A stretch of 64,000 nt of DNA from Tubulanus polymorphus (lineage: Eukaryota > Animalia > Nemertea), in the NCBI RefSeq assembly GCF_964204645.1, contig NC_134027.1, forward strand, positions 26,870,560 to 26,934,559. Direction: 5' to 3'. Shown piece by piece: positions 12,046-25,800 of the stretch. The position numbers and the translations under genes were made by a program. The number at the start of each line of letters is the position of its first letter. Positions within the stretch are counted from its first letter, which is position 1. Below the pieces are notes generated by a model, which saw nothing but the letters and a program-made list of their open reading frames with translations, was not told where the DNA came from and searched no databases.

Positions 12046-14442
12046 TCATGACGACGAATCTTTACTGATGTGTAAATATTGTCTGAACTGTGATGATAAA
12101 TTATTACTAGCTTGAGGTATTTCCTCGTAGTCGTGTTCCTCACCATCAGTTGAAGAATCATCGTAGAAATCGACTTCACAAAAATCATCTGAAACTATAA
12201 AACATCACCACATTTAGCACGATATTGCACTTTTTTCATATGCTGCACAAAAACATTTATAGTGGGATTCGAACCCAATAGCTCATGATAACCTACACAC
12301 CTAAGTCCTCGAAATACAAACTTAGATTTTACCTCGAATTTTCTGAGGAGTAATTGACACTACATAGTGCAATTCCTGAGTGCTCTAAACTCAACTTGTT
12401 GCTTTTCGTCTCTGATGGTGATCAAATATTGGTAAAATATATCAAATTTGCTTCAAATTGTGTGTTAAGGGGGGGGGGGATAGCAAAATCAGCAAATATT
12501 GCGTTGGAACTTAATAATGATCCATGGTACTCACCACAGTTTGTAGCTGGACAAACCGGTTGATGCCATTGAGTATTAGCATTAGCGCTATCATCGCTAC
12601 ATGCATGATCAGGAAAATAGCATTCAGCACCTAGAAAATAAACATGTCTTATCTATTTCATTCCTGCTAAAATTTTTCAAGAAAAAGCTTCAAATTGCCT
12701 GATTCTCAACTCAGTATCCAGTCACATAAAGTTCCAATGCTATCTGTCTAATCGATGAATACTAACCTTTACTATGACCAGATGAAGTATGTTGATTATA
12801 AACTCTATTGTGTCCGCGATGTTGAGGTGTAAAATGTTGTTGCTCTCGTTCTAAATTCGTCTGTTTTTGGCAAATATGATAATTAGTAACGTGTTCATTC
12901 TGATTGTATCTCTCCCTGCAATCGTCGTCGTAGCAATCCTAGCAAAATACATCAATTCCATACAAATACTGGTATCCTTGACTGGTTTACTTTTAAACCT
13001 TGAGGTGATTTATTTACCCGATGTTGTAGTCTTTCCATTGCACGTCGGTGTGATTCTGCTATCGCCAGCGCCGATTGATGAACTTTGTAATAGATATTTT
13101 CTCCTTGAGTTGTACTAAATAGGTACAAGCCTTCTCCAACTTGACCAACCCTATAATAAACAGTAAAATAATGGTATAAAATCGATCAAAATGGTTACCT
13201 AATTAGTAGACACTGTTTGCTACAGAGCTGATTGCCTCTGATTGTCTCGCGCCCCAAACTCTGCTCCAAATCGCAGCCACGATTGTCTTGATTGTATGCC
13301 CTAAATATTCAAATTTTTCCTACCCCAATTCATGTGGTGATAAAGACCCATGGATATCCGAGGCAAGTGGTAGATTCGTTAAAGGGATCGAACCAGATAA
13401 TCATAACCCAGTTACACAGATGCGATTTAAAATTTATCCAGTAAATATTTGAATATGAACTGATTTCAGTCAAGAATCTAACTCAGAAATGTATAAAACT
13501 TTCTGTCGACTAATGCGCCATCTTTCGTAAAATATTAACATTAAAACAGTGTGTCGTTGAAGCTGATTGATGTTTACCTGGTCGCCTCGAAGGTAAATTT
13601 CGTATGGTCTCTGCCGTATCTACGAAGACTAGTAAGAGGCCACGTCATTAATTTAGCAGTTCGATTTCGTACGTCATAGAGATGAATATTTTCACCAGTC
13701 ACCTGCATTAAACATTCTCCGTACCAGTCTAAATTAGGGTTCGGTATTACGTAAACATGGTAACGTTCTGAAAAATCAGGCAATAAAATACGGTTATATT
13801 GATATTTGCATCCGTTTACAACATGCAACTCAACAATTATCATCCTACACGCTGCTGTAACCGATGCCATTTTAGGTGGATTATCGAGTGGTGTGGATGA
13901 TAGATGGTGGTGGAAAATTGGGGCTGGTGGATCATCCAGCATAGTGCATATTTGGCAAGGTGGATCATCAATGGCATATGGAACATGGAGGAGATGCTGA
14001 ATAATGGCAGGTTGGATTTAGATCACCACTCCAGTTGACGATGACCTGCGAAAAATCTAGAAATGTTTACCGTCTCCAGATACAATTTCTGAGAGTTTGT
14101 GGGGATGTAAAATTAATTTTCTACGCATTTGAAATACGGGGGTCGCTGAGTATCGCTCATGTGGAGGCTCGGATCCGCTGCTGCGACACAAAAAAATGTA
14201 ACTTAAATTCAGCTGGTTTTAGTTAATAATCAGGTTTTCATAATTTTTGTGGAGAATCAAAGATTATATCGGGATAAATGAAGTGTTGACTGGAACAGGG
14301 AATGAATCGACATAAACACACAGCGAACAACAACAACATTAAACAACATTAACAATAACAACTACACTGAGACAAAACAGGAGTTTAGTGGTTAGAGACT
14401 AACTATAATACAAACATACAGGACTTCCTCCTAGGACCCCAG

Positions 14443-14482
<40 letters not shown>

Positions 14483-17400
14483 GCCAATCTAACACTAGAT
14501 ATGGATGCGATGTAATGATGAATTTAAGCTCCTTGACCTTTTTACGATTTGAAAACTATCACGTAAAATATATCGACAATCGAGTTTAGGTAAAGAAGCT
14601 TTAGATGAATGATTAGGTTATCGGTTTTTAAGGGGTAGCTCCCTTACCACTCATCTCCCTTTGCCAGCCCGAATCCAGCAGATCAGGCTCACCATTGATT
14701 ATAGCAGACTTGCCCAAACACTCTTGATTCAATACTTTTATCCATTCATCGCATTCCAGGTCTGAAAATATACATAACCCATCAGCAACTTATTGCGGAA
14801 ATGGTTAAATTAAATAAACGTAGTCTGGCAAAATGGTAGCTAATTAAGGTGCATTTTTTCTCATTTAAGCGAAGTTTCTAAAATAAACTATTTCCTTCGA
14901 GATATTAACCCTTTTAGCGCGTCTACACTGCAGTGCGGAGTATAAATCAACGATGGACTTTGCTAGGACTTACACCGTATTGTAGTGAATTGATGTAAAT
15001 AGTAATTAGTTTTTATCTCTTTTGAAGGATGACAGCACCTTTCAAACATAGTGAAACATTAGTATAACTAACAATACACCGTACTATATCGGTATACCTG
15101 TTATACAAAGCAATGGGGTGGAATCTTTTAAAACTTTCAAATTACTTCCAGCACTTGAGGTATTAATTAGTCAGTACTGAAAGGGTTAATACTAGAAAAA
15201 ATATTAAACAATGGTTGAATAAAATTCCCTATTAAGAATTACCTGATTCACATGAAAATTGCCTGGAAGCTTCATCTTTGAAATAAAGAGTTACGCCGTA
15301 TTTGCGGACATCAGTCGGTAGACGACAAATCGTTTTCACGTCGGAAAGATCAATCATTTTCAAATAGCTCGAATGATTGGCGGCTTTTTCATCGAGAAAT
15401 TTCTCTAAACGACAAGTTCCTTTAGAAGATGCGGCTCTTAAGATGATCCATCGTTTTTGCCAAACCTATAAGATGATTGAAACGCATTGTAAAACGGTTA
15501 TTCTGAACAAAGGTTTACAGAATCGCCATGGCGTGGAATCGGTCGGATCCAGGGGCAGGCTGTAAACATGAGCACACAGAAATGGAATGGGAATACTGTT
15601 AAAAAGGATACACAGAATCTTTGCTGTAGAGGAAACCAAACAGGACCCAGTTTTACGAAAAAGTTTAAAAGCATAAAACGGTTAAGTTTGAATTGGTGTC
15701 CTCATTGAAGATATGAAGTAACCAATTGCAATTTCAAAAGGGCTCAGGAAAATTGTGATGGGATCGAGGACTTGCTCTTTGTGCTTCCACGTGGATCAAC
15801 CCCTTTGTGGAAAGGGACATACCAGGGGAGGAACCACATAATTTTTCATTTCTTTATGTAATCGGTAGAATTTTGTGGTCTGGTTGAATGAGTCCTGTAT
15901 ATTCATATACAAAAGGCCCGCACAATTTTCAATACCCTTTTTGCGAGTAACTTTGAATTTCTAAACGACGATTACATCTCTGTATAGCGAGGTTTATATT
16001 GTGTGTAGCAGGTTGGTAAATTCCATCATCCTCTACTCAAACTCCTCCATCATCATCATGTGGTTAGAATTATCCAGTTTTGTTTGCAGGCATTCAACAA
16101 TCGAGTGATAATTCAACATCACGCTGATAAAAGATCGACCGCGGATCAGCAGTAAATGTAGCCGGATAAGTAGAGATAAAAGCTCAGAGATTATCGATGG
16201 AAATGTACAGAGTTTGACCAGCGGTGAAATAGAAGTTTTAACGGTATACAAACTGCTACTGGTTCAAACTGTTTGAAATCATATACAACACAAATATTTA
16301 TATATACAAAAACAAACAATGAATAGTAAATTGTTACTCAAACATATATAAATCCGACACTGAGTTTTACAGCTAAATGAATAAATTGATGCATCCTTTT
16401 AGCCCTTTATGCATGAATTATAAAAATAACTAAGTCAAATTTCTGATTCTTCTATAGAAAATGCACCAGATACACCAGAAATATAGCTATTAATATATAA
16501 TGCAGCAGGTGTTGTTTAATAAACAGGTTGAACACAGGTGGAATGAGTGAGAGTTACTGAAATACAGGAATCCACTCAACTGGAAAAAACATGTTTGAGT
16601 AAAACTAACTGTACAATTCACTGCTGCTGATTGTTTACTCAAATACGGAGAAGTTTCCTCCTATTGATGATAGAACATCAATGGAATTTCATAAAAAGGC
16701 AGAGGACTTCAAAAAGTTTTAGAATGTCCACTTAAAATGAGAGAAATGACAAAGGAAAAGAGGAGCGGGAGGGAGGAGGGAGATGGAGGATGGGTAGGGA
16801 GGCAAGGGGAGAGGGGGAGGAGGGAGATGGAGGATGGATAGGGAGGCAAGGGGAGAGGGGGAGGAGGGAGATGGAGGATGGATAGGGAGGCAAGGGGAGA
16901 GGGGGAGGAGGGAGATGGAGGATGGATAGGGAGGCAAGGGGAGAGGGGGAGGAGGGAGATGGAGGATGGATAGGGAGGCAAGGGGAGAGGGGGAGGAGGG
17001 AGATGGAGGATGGATAGGGAGGAAAGGGGAGAGGGGGAGGAGGGAGATGGAGGATGGATAGGGAGGCAAGGGGAGAGGGGGAGGAGGGAGATGGAGGATG
17101 GATAGGGAGGCAAGGGGAGAGGGGGAGGAGGGAGATGGAGGATGGATAGGGAGGCAAGGGGAGAGGGGGAGGAGGGAGATGGAGGATGGAGAGGGAGGAA
17201 AGGGGGAGGGGGAGGAGGGAGATGTAGGATGGAGAGGGAGGCAAGGGGAGAGGGGGAGGAGGGAGATGGAGGATGGATAGGGAGGCAAGGGGAGAGGGGG
17301 AGGAGGGAGATGGAGGATGGATAGGGAGGCAAGGGGAGAGGGGGAGGAGGGAGATGGAGGATGGAGAGGGAGGAAAGGGGGAGGGGGAGGAGGGAGATGG

Positions 17401-18794
17401 AGGATGGATAGGGAGGAAAGGGTAGAGGGGGAGGAGGGAGATGGAGGATGGATAGGGAGGCAAGGGGAGAGGGGGAGGAGGGAGATGGAGGATGGATAGG
17501 GAGGCAAGGGGAGAGGGGGAGGAGGGAGATGGAGGATGGATAGGGAGGCAAGGGGAGAGGGGGAGGAGGGAGATGGAGGATGGAGAGGGAGGAAAGGGGG
17601 AGGGGGAGGAGGGAGATGGAGGATGGATAGGGAGGCAAGGGGAGAGGGGGAGGAGGGAGATGGAGGATGGATAGGGAGGCAAGGGGAGAGGGGGAGGAGG
17701 GAGATGGAGGATGGAGAGGGAGGAAAGGGGGAGGGGGAGGAGGGAGATGGAGGATGGATAGGGAGGCAAGGGGAGAGGGGGAGGAGGGAGATGGAGGATG
17801 GATAGGGAGGCAAGGGGAGAGGGGGAGGAGGGAGATGGAGGATGGAGAGGGAGGAAAGGGGGAGGGGGAGGAGGGAGATGGAGGATGGATAGGGAGGAAA
17901 GGGTAGAGGGGGAGGAGGGAGATGGAGGATGGAGAGAAGAATGTATCACTGATTATTGACAATCAATACACAACGATGTAAGAAATTTACAGATCCCAGA
18001 GTTTTATTCGATTCAGAATTCTTTAGAAAATAAAGCTTTGATCATCTTAAAATTGGCCGATACTTTATTTAAAACGTAATCGAAAAAAATGAGAGTTGAA
18101 TATACCATCGGTTCGTAGCGTTATATTTTGAGAGGAAAATCAAAGAGTTTCCATCAAACTCTTGGAATAAAATACAAGTGACATGAATTGGCAATTCAGT
18201 TCACAGGAACGAGCAACATATGAAACGTTTTAAGAAGAGTCGCGCGGGAGACGGAGAGAGAGAGAGAGAGAGAAAATCATTAAACATCGGCAGCGAAAAA
18301 TACAGCACGAAGAGACAAGTAAACAGTAGATGTACAGATAGACAGCACTGATGACACTATCTGTCCACTTCATCTGCCGTTTATAAGTGCACATTTCGTG
18401 GCTTATGTTCGTGTTAAGTATCATTGAAATCGCTGCTGACATTCATCATACAATATTCTCAAAAAGAAATTACGAGCAACTGTTTTAAAAAAGGAACAGG
18501 AGTATAGCGCCCGCCTGAACAAGAAAGGTTGATGTTCATTTCACGTGTCGGCTATTAGATATCCGTCTTAACAACTAAATAAACATATCTTACACATCCT
18601 AAACTCGTCGTGATGGGAAAAGTTTAAAACAGGCCTGGAAAACTTCTGTCCTGTCTTCAGAATATTTAAATCAGCTTATAGTGGGTTTGATTTCCCCCTG
18701 GAAGCTGTATGTATAAAATGATACATACCCCGAGGTTTTTACTTTTCATTTTCACGTAACCCTGTTTGACAACATCGTTAAAATCTACGGCCAT
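12046..18794 (-). CDS. Docking protein of the DOK4/5/6 subfamily (PH + IRS-type PTB domains)
   Basis: Exons 18794-18729 ([22 protein letters not shown]), 15465-15243 ([23 protein letters not shown]), 14761-14648 ([17 protein letters not shown]), 13767-13578 ([36 protein letters not shown]), 13150-13018 ([21 protein letters not shown]), 12938-12767, 12630-12535, 12359-12333 and 12188-12046 (DYEEIP). All are phase-consistent. An in-frame upstream ATG exists at 18806. The tail exons are less certain. Confidence 0.92.
14445..14482. repeat. (GATT)n microsatellite
   Basis: About nine tandem ATTG units. Confidence 0.95.
14909..15185 (+). mobile_element. piggyBac-like MITE
   Basis: TTAA|CCCTTTTAGCGC ... 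GTACTGAAAGGG|TTAA, homologous to 45041-45328. Confidence 0.85.
16770..17937. repeat. 43/44-bp polypurine minisatellite (~26 units) in a DOK intron
   Basis: Unit GGGAGGCAAGGGGAGAGGGGGAGGAGGGAGATGGAGGATGGATA, with 43-bp variants interspersed. Confidence 0.97.
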
Positions 18795-18929
18795 CGTATT
18801 CACCATTAGAGCTATAATCCTAATCCACAGCCTTCATCTGATGATATCTCTGAAAATAGATTTAGAAAATATGAATTCACATCATCAATCAATTCCGGTA
18901 CCTTATAGTGCATCTTCAAAAACTGAATC

Positions 18930-19210
18930 GGGGCTTGATTTTGGCAGTATCCCGGTATTCCAAGGGTACTCGATTCTGTTGGTACTTAGTTAATATCATA
19001 CTTTAAGATGACTCGAAACGTTGAATAAACTAAAAGCTCTAGGCTTGATTTTGGCATTATCCCGGTATCCTGAGAGTACTCAATTCTGTGTTTGGATACT
19101 AAATGAATATTCCGAAGATGACTATTAATTTAACGTTGAATAAACTACAAGCTCTTGGACTTCATTTTTTTCATCTTCATTGTGGGATTCTCGTTATATT
19201 ACTAAATGAA
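18930..19210 (+). mobile_element. Degenerate tandem relic of the same Penelope-like/hammerhead repeat family
   Basis: AAGATGACTCGAAACGTTGAATAAACTA and TATTCCGAAGATGACTATT..AACGTTGAATAAACTA, followed by CATTGTGGGATTCTC as seen at ~23.0 kb. Confidence 0.6.
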
Positions 19211-22200
19211 TAATATCTGAACAAGATACAAGAAATTTCTAATTTCACCATTAGATATTTCATCTTTTTCTTCCCTGTGTTTTCTCAATTAGAAACTTGA
19301 ACTAAAAGGCAAGCTGGGATACCACATATTATCCTGGAAAGATACTCTGTAATAATCGAACCTCGTGAATGCAGGAAGCGGAAGATGTCAAAATTGTGTG
19401 TGAAGTCATCCAGAAACGAAACAAATGGTAAGCCATAATATTGATTTATCAATAGTAACCTATCTCGTTCGTTAACAGTTTTCTTGATGGGTAACAACTC
19501 GATGCTCGTTGAACCGTCAACGCGACAGACCTTTTGAATTAAATTCTTCCGAGCCATTAATGTTTCACACATTAATTACCAACTCCTCGTCACGTCGTGA
19601 ATGAAGCTTTGAATTTCGCATTAATGTTTCACATTTCTTTTCGGCGTCGAACAATTTCATCATTCGCGGTTTGATTGAAAAAGAAGCCGAATTTTATTCC
19701 CACGAAAAACGCAGGAAAATTGATCAGTTTCATGAGTCATAGTAAAGAATTGAATGGACAGATTTTCAAATAAGGTTTCGTTATGTTTGTTAAATGATAT
19801 CAGGAACTGAGTGATGTAACTCAAGAGTTTACTATTGTACAACTATTTTAAGAGCTCTCCAATTTTCGAATTGCCTGTAAATGTGTAGTGGAGAGGTGAC
19901 AGGACAGCAAGAGATACAGCTTTTATAAAATAATGCAAGTCAAGTGAATAGATTTACAATTCCCTAAGTGCAATCATTTACATTACAAAGGTGTTGTTAT
20001 AGGATTGTTATTGAAATCCTCACAGTTCTCAACGAGGAGTACTTATTGCCGTAATCGGTGAATTCATGACATCGCCAGGATTTCAGTAAAACCCTCCTCA
20101 ATATTGCGACAATGGTATTTACAACAGTGAATCATTTGAAAACAAGATTACAACAATCGGATTCAGCATGATCGAGAGAACAGACATCACTTTCCACACG
20201 GCAATGTAGAAAATTAAAAATCTCTTTCGTACAATCGCATTAGTTCTATTCAGCTACAGTGCAACTGCAGAACAGTCAAAGACGCAGGGATTCGTGTGAT
20301 ATTTCCAGGGATAAAGTGCCAAATGTCGATAGCCACAAAAAGTTAATATTCAGCGATTAATGAATCTGTTATAAAGCTCGGTTCTCTGACAGACAGATGA
20401 TGACTTTTAATCAGTTGATTGACAGACGGATATTTTGTGTCTGTCTCCTACATTAACTAATCAAATAAATAAACCATTATCTGATCTAAACATCCATTTA
20501 TAATAGCGAGGATTAATACAGCATTCTCAATCTCTCTATTAGCACTACGTCCTCTATCCTGTTAAGTTACTTTTTTCAACAGATTTTTAGAGGTTTTTCG
20601 CATTTCTTAAAATCAGTTTTATCACAAATGGACAGCAGCAAAGCAGAGGCTTAGCCTAAATACAAGCTCATCATTGCTTCTACAGCAAATCTGAAACTGA
20701 AGACCACTTTTGGCCCTGTATTCCCTGTATTCTTTGTATTTCTTTGAGATTCCACTCACTGTATCAGTTTGTACCCTTTCCCCTCGAATAATCTTAACAT
20801 TTAACTCTGACTCATATTACTAAACATTATGATTTTGAGAAACTCTGATCTCAGGTTTTCACAATAAACAACCTGGCAGATAAATAAGCTTTCACGAGCC
20901 TTCACAAACTGTAAACTAACTTAAACCAATTTACGCTTAAATAGTTTGCACTTAATCCACTCGAGAATGTCAGCAAAAATACATCTCACCAAAAAATTCA
21001 ACTGATGATTCCCTGAGCCCTTGATGCATCAGAGCCTCTCCTCCCACTGATCACGCAGTCAGATTTGGTAAAATATCATCGTATAAACTTAACATCAAGA
21101 TAAAATCACTCAATTTCAAAATAATATATATAAATGCATAGATATACATATATATATATATATATATATTTCTAGGTCAACGAATGTAGATTTTCATTTA
21201 TAAAGAACGGGAACCAGTTGAAGTATCATTGACATACGATTTAACATGTAGTACAAGTGTCCCAACAACAGTCAAACTACAAGTCTCTCATTTACGACTC
21301 ATATTTTCACTCGGTATTTGCTTTTATCTCAATAGCACTAGAACAGTAATTAACTGCTGCACTAATTGGACCCGGCATCAGTAAAATCAGTAATAATCCC
21401 TGATCGTGAAAGAGGGAATTGAAAACAAGAAGCCACCCACCTAGTCAGCCAGCCAGTCAGTCTGTCAGTTAGGAGACATACCTGGCGTCTGCTTGGCATA
21501 ATAGTGAAATCCCTACCATAAACCAAATATTCAATAATTCATTAGTTCATGTGTTACTGTAGGGAATTCAAGGCTCAAGAGATTACAACCTACAACTTAC
21601 ACATATGTCAGATACATTTAACAAGGCCACGAGCGCAGCTACAGAGATTCCTCGCTTCATCTTAATTCATATTATCAATCTAAAGATGTAAGATGTTCAA
21701 GTTGAATGCAGCTCTCTGACCCGATACGGTCAGTATTAAATCAATACGTTCTCCTTTGACTGAGGAGACTGAAGAGACTGAGGATTGATCTTGTCATTCA
21801 GAGATCACAAACCGCTGATATATTTTCACTGTAAACATTCTTATCGTCTTCATTCTGAAATACTCTTAATATTTATTTGTTCTATCGATCAATTATCAGA
21901 TATTAACCCACACACGATGTAGGCGAATATAGGTTACAGTTTTTGTCGTGGTTTTGGGTGATATTCTCGAATTAGATTGACTTTAGTTGTCAAACAGAAA
22001 GTCAGCGTAAAATGATCCCCGATTACAAATATAAAACCAGTTAAAAACTGAAGACTCGTCAGGAAGGAATGCGGACCACTAGAACGGGGTCTATAGCCGA
22101 TCACAATAGTTGTGTGGAGACAGACATACTGGTCGTGATTGTTCCTATAACAATTCAGTCTACTTGACTATTGATGGTTATTAGTTTAAGAGTTGTTCGC

Positions 22201-22755
22201 ATCATTTTTAGGAGTCGTTTAAACAGCGGTGTCCCGGTGCAGCGTAGCGGTACACTGCACCGGTGCAGCTACTGCTAAACTGACAACCGGATGAAACGGC
22301 TGCCCAAAAAATAACTCGCTCAAGTATTCTTATTATCACATCTATGTCTAGCCGTGCTACGTTCTGAAGCTCAGACCATCTTTTTCAGTGCACGTATAAA
22401 ATCTACACAACTGTTTTGGACAAGAAATGTGCATCGAATCAGCCGCCGCCGTTAATGGAGCGTGCATCCAGTTGATGAAAACAGCTGATGAAATTTTTGT
22501 GGCAGATAATAATGTTGTTCTCAGAATTCATGTTGGTTCCCCGTATTCACCATGGCAACAGGTATCGTGCAGTAAATCCATCGAAAATCTGCAGCGTTGC
22601 GAGCAGCGAAAAAACTTGTCTCTCTCGCGCAAACAGCCAAACGATGACAATCTGAGACTAACAGAAATTCTGTTGATAGATACAGATCAAATGTAGAGAG
22701 AATCCTACAATGATAAGGAAAAAGTCCGAAAACGTAACTTTTTGAGATCGTAGTT

Positions 22756-22799
22756 TATTCAAAGTTTCGACGATATCCTAATAGTCATCCTCAGGAATA
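22756..22799 (-). ncRNA. Second minimal hammerhead motif (stem III palindrome mutated)
   Basis: Minus strand reads TATTC-CTGAGGA-T-GAC-loop-GTC-GAAA-CT-TT-GAATA. Confidence 0.6.
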
Positions 22800-22823
22800 C
22801 TGTATTCCTTGAGCTAGTGTAGT

Positions 22824-22869
22824 TTATTCAACGTTTCGACTTAATCCTAATAGTCATCTTCAGGAATAA
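22824..22869 (-). ncRNA. Minimal type I hammerhead ribozyme motif (intact core)
   Basis: Minus strand reads TTATTC-CTGAAGA-T-GACT-loop-AGTC-GAAA-CG-TT-GAATAA. This gives a 6-bp stem I, a CUGANGA core, a 4-bp stem II, GAAA, palindromic ACGT in place of stem III, and a GUU cleavage triplet. Confidence 0.75.
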
Positions 22870-25800
22870 TGAGATACTACAAAAATTATGAGGTATATAT
22901 ATATACAATCCAGAGACAAAGAGACTAATTCAAGTTATCAGAGATGATACAAACTAAGGAAAATGAGCGCTATCTCAAAGTTACATTTTCGGACTTTTTC
23001 CTTATCATTGTGGGATTCTCTCTACATCGCGTCAACACGGATATAGTATCGTGATACAGATAAAATCATGGATGATTTAGTTAATGATGAATGAGTTCAG
23101 GACACGTCTAAAGGCGCCCCCCTATTCAGACAATACTCGGGAAGCACATTTTAGGATACGTATGCTATATACATCACATTTATCCATTATCAATTTTCTC
23201 ATCATAAATCTCATGTAAAAACTGGCCGTAATCTGATTTATATTACCGTTATTTAGTAGACTCTAAGTTGTTCTGTTTTGAGTAGCTTTTTCTGCTATCA
23301 ATGAAAAAGTGATGATGAAATGTTGACAGAATACATGAAGTAATGTTTTAAGTTCATGGCTCCAGGTTTAGGAACAACTGTCAAAACCTATCTACTCGAC
23401 TAATCAACTGAAGCTCAGCAGAGACCTACTTCAAATAACTACACAACTAAATCAGCTTCTCACTGTTTTTAGATATTCAACTAAAAAGACACAATCACAG
23501 TTAGAACTGCAGTAAAATGGCAACGATTACAAACTTAATTTTTTAAAAATTAAAAGTTCATTCACAATAATCGCTTTTGAAAATGAATCTAATCATTTAT
23601 TACAGTTCTAAAAATCTTGACGTTCTACAGAAACTCTAAAGATTCTCCATGTTTTACTAGTTTGTTTGCTATTAAAAAGGTCATTGAATTAATGCTATAA
23701 ATCTGCAATAAATCTATATCGAGTCATTACAATAGATTTATAATAGTAGAAAGATGGGAACATAGTCAGGTGTGCAAGTAAAACAATGTCTGCCGATTGT
23801 ATATTCAGAAATGAACCCAATCACTGTAAATATCATTCTTAATAAACATTTGTGATTTTGATATTGAAATATTTCGCGAATTACTCGTTAAATGATAAAG
23901 GAAACTTCCGACGCTTACCTTTAACTTATAAAACGTTAGAATATCGTTACGTTTACGATTTTGCGAATTAATCCTTGCACTTTAAATCTCATAATGCGTA
24001 AAAACAATCCGTTTTATAACTGTTGCGAATACAGTGAGAGAGAGATGAGTTGAGAACGGAGAGACGAGTTTAGAACTCCTCACTGAAGCTGCTCTCATGC
24101 GCTACTGATTCACTACGAATAGCAACGCACCAATTTATAAGGGACCGTATCAGCAGCAGAAGCAGCAGAGGACGCGAGAGAGAGAGGGAGAGACTATCGT
24201 CAAAAACTATAAACTACACGTAATCATTCTTACCTAATACAGTATTCTATAATCGAACTCCTCAAGCTGAAGTCGTTCATGCAGTTTGTGACGATGATTA
24301 TGTCAACGACTTACACTTAGTAAATTGAATTGCGAATACAAATTGTAACTCATAAATACAGACGACTTCAGTAAATGTGACGAGTTTGACTTAATTCTGG
24401 TATATATTTAAATGATGTGATATGGCGGTATATAAATACATATATATCTAGTTGTCTGCGAGGGTTTTTGATAGCGTCAGGTTATTTGTTATGCTCCGGT
24501 ACGTTCTTGGCGTCTTCGTGACAAAATAACTGAATACACGACAAAATACGTGAATACACGTGAATTCACGACGCCGGCTGACGGAGAATAGAAATACAAT
24601 CTTCAGATCGTGAAATAATGAACACGGTGACTCCTCTCGTTTAGAATCAATGACATTATTGAATGAAGGGTCGGTTTATAACTAAACAGTAGATAAATAG
24701 CCTACTTGAAGTCATTGACTGTCGACTGAATTCCATAAATGTCTAATGAAGAACCCGCTCTTCAGAATAAATAAGTGTTCAGATATCGAGACCTTGTATA
24801 CAACACAAATAAACAAAATGTTTCCTTATGCAGAAAGCATGTCTGTATAGGTATTTGAGGGGTTCAATTTCACAAGTGAAATCCTAAAGTGTCCTTTTTC
24901 AATGATTCACCAATACAAAATCTTTAAAAAATGCGTTTGAGGGGTTCACACCAAGTGAAACCCTAAAAGTATCCTTTTTGAAAGTCACCAGTACAATCCG
25001 CAAGCTTCGTTTTGCCCATTTTTGTCTTATCTATACGAAAATTGCCTTTATGGCTAGGTTTGACCCACCTGGGGCTGCAGTTGCTCAAAAGTTGGTTAAA
25101 GTTAACCGGTGGATAACTGTATAACCATGATTTTTGGCCACCAGTTAAAACAACTTTTACGCTCCTGACCCCCCAGAGCTGCAACAAGATAAACATTATC
25201 TACTAATTGGCAAGAAAGATAATTGTACAAATACAACCTGTAATACGAAATACAGGTGAATACTGATCGTATGACTCACCACGACTACTGTATCACCTTG
25301 GGTTAAATCTCTCTCTCTTGCAGCTCCTCCGCCTGATGAGCCAGTGTTGTTTGAAATATAAAAATTTTAAAAACTGCACAATTTGCTCAGTCGGTACTCT
25401 GAGAGAGAGAGTGATTCATATGACATGTATCTATTGAAAGTATATTATCACTCCGACTATACTCGACTAATCAAACACGTTTTAGAGTCAATATTTTTCC
25501 TAGTCTCCTGCTGAGTTTGGCGCCAGATTGGTCGCCCTAGAACAATCAATTCTACAGTGTTTTTATACGGTGTTTTGTTTTCGAGCTGGGTTACGTTATT
25601 GTCGATGGCGATATGAAGCCGGTCTGATCGAAATTTACTATTATCCAGGAATAATTGAGGCTTCATCAGATCATTAACAGCGACAGTGAATATTGAGTAT
25701 TATACCTCATAATATTGAATCTATAAAACACAATGATTACCGTATCATCAATCTAGATTACAACGCCACAAGTTCTTGTTAATGATTTGAGCTGCGCCGG

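Larger units (their letters stand above)
22691..23027. mobile_element. Penelope-like element relic bounded by ~57-bp inverted repeats
   Basis: 22691-22748 is the reverse complement of 22972-23027. The interior carries two tandem hammerhead-like motifs. Confidence 0.65.

Noticed and set aside
16709-17962. Long Pro/Ser/Leu-rich and Gly/Glu/Arg-rich ORFs (up to 417 aa)
   Set aside because: These are artefacts of the stop-poor 44-bp minisatellite. They are open in all three minus frames and lie inside a DOK intron.
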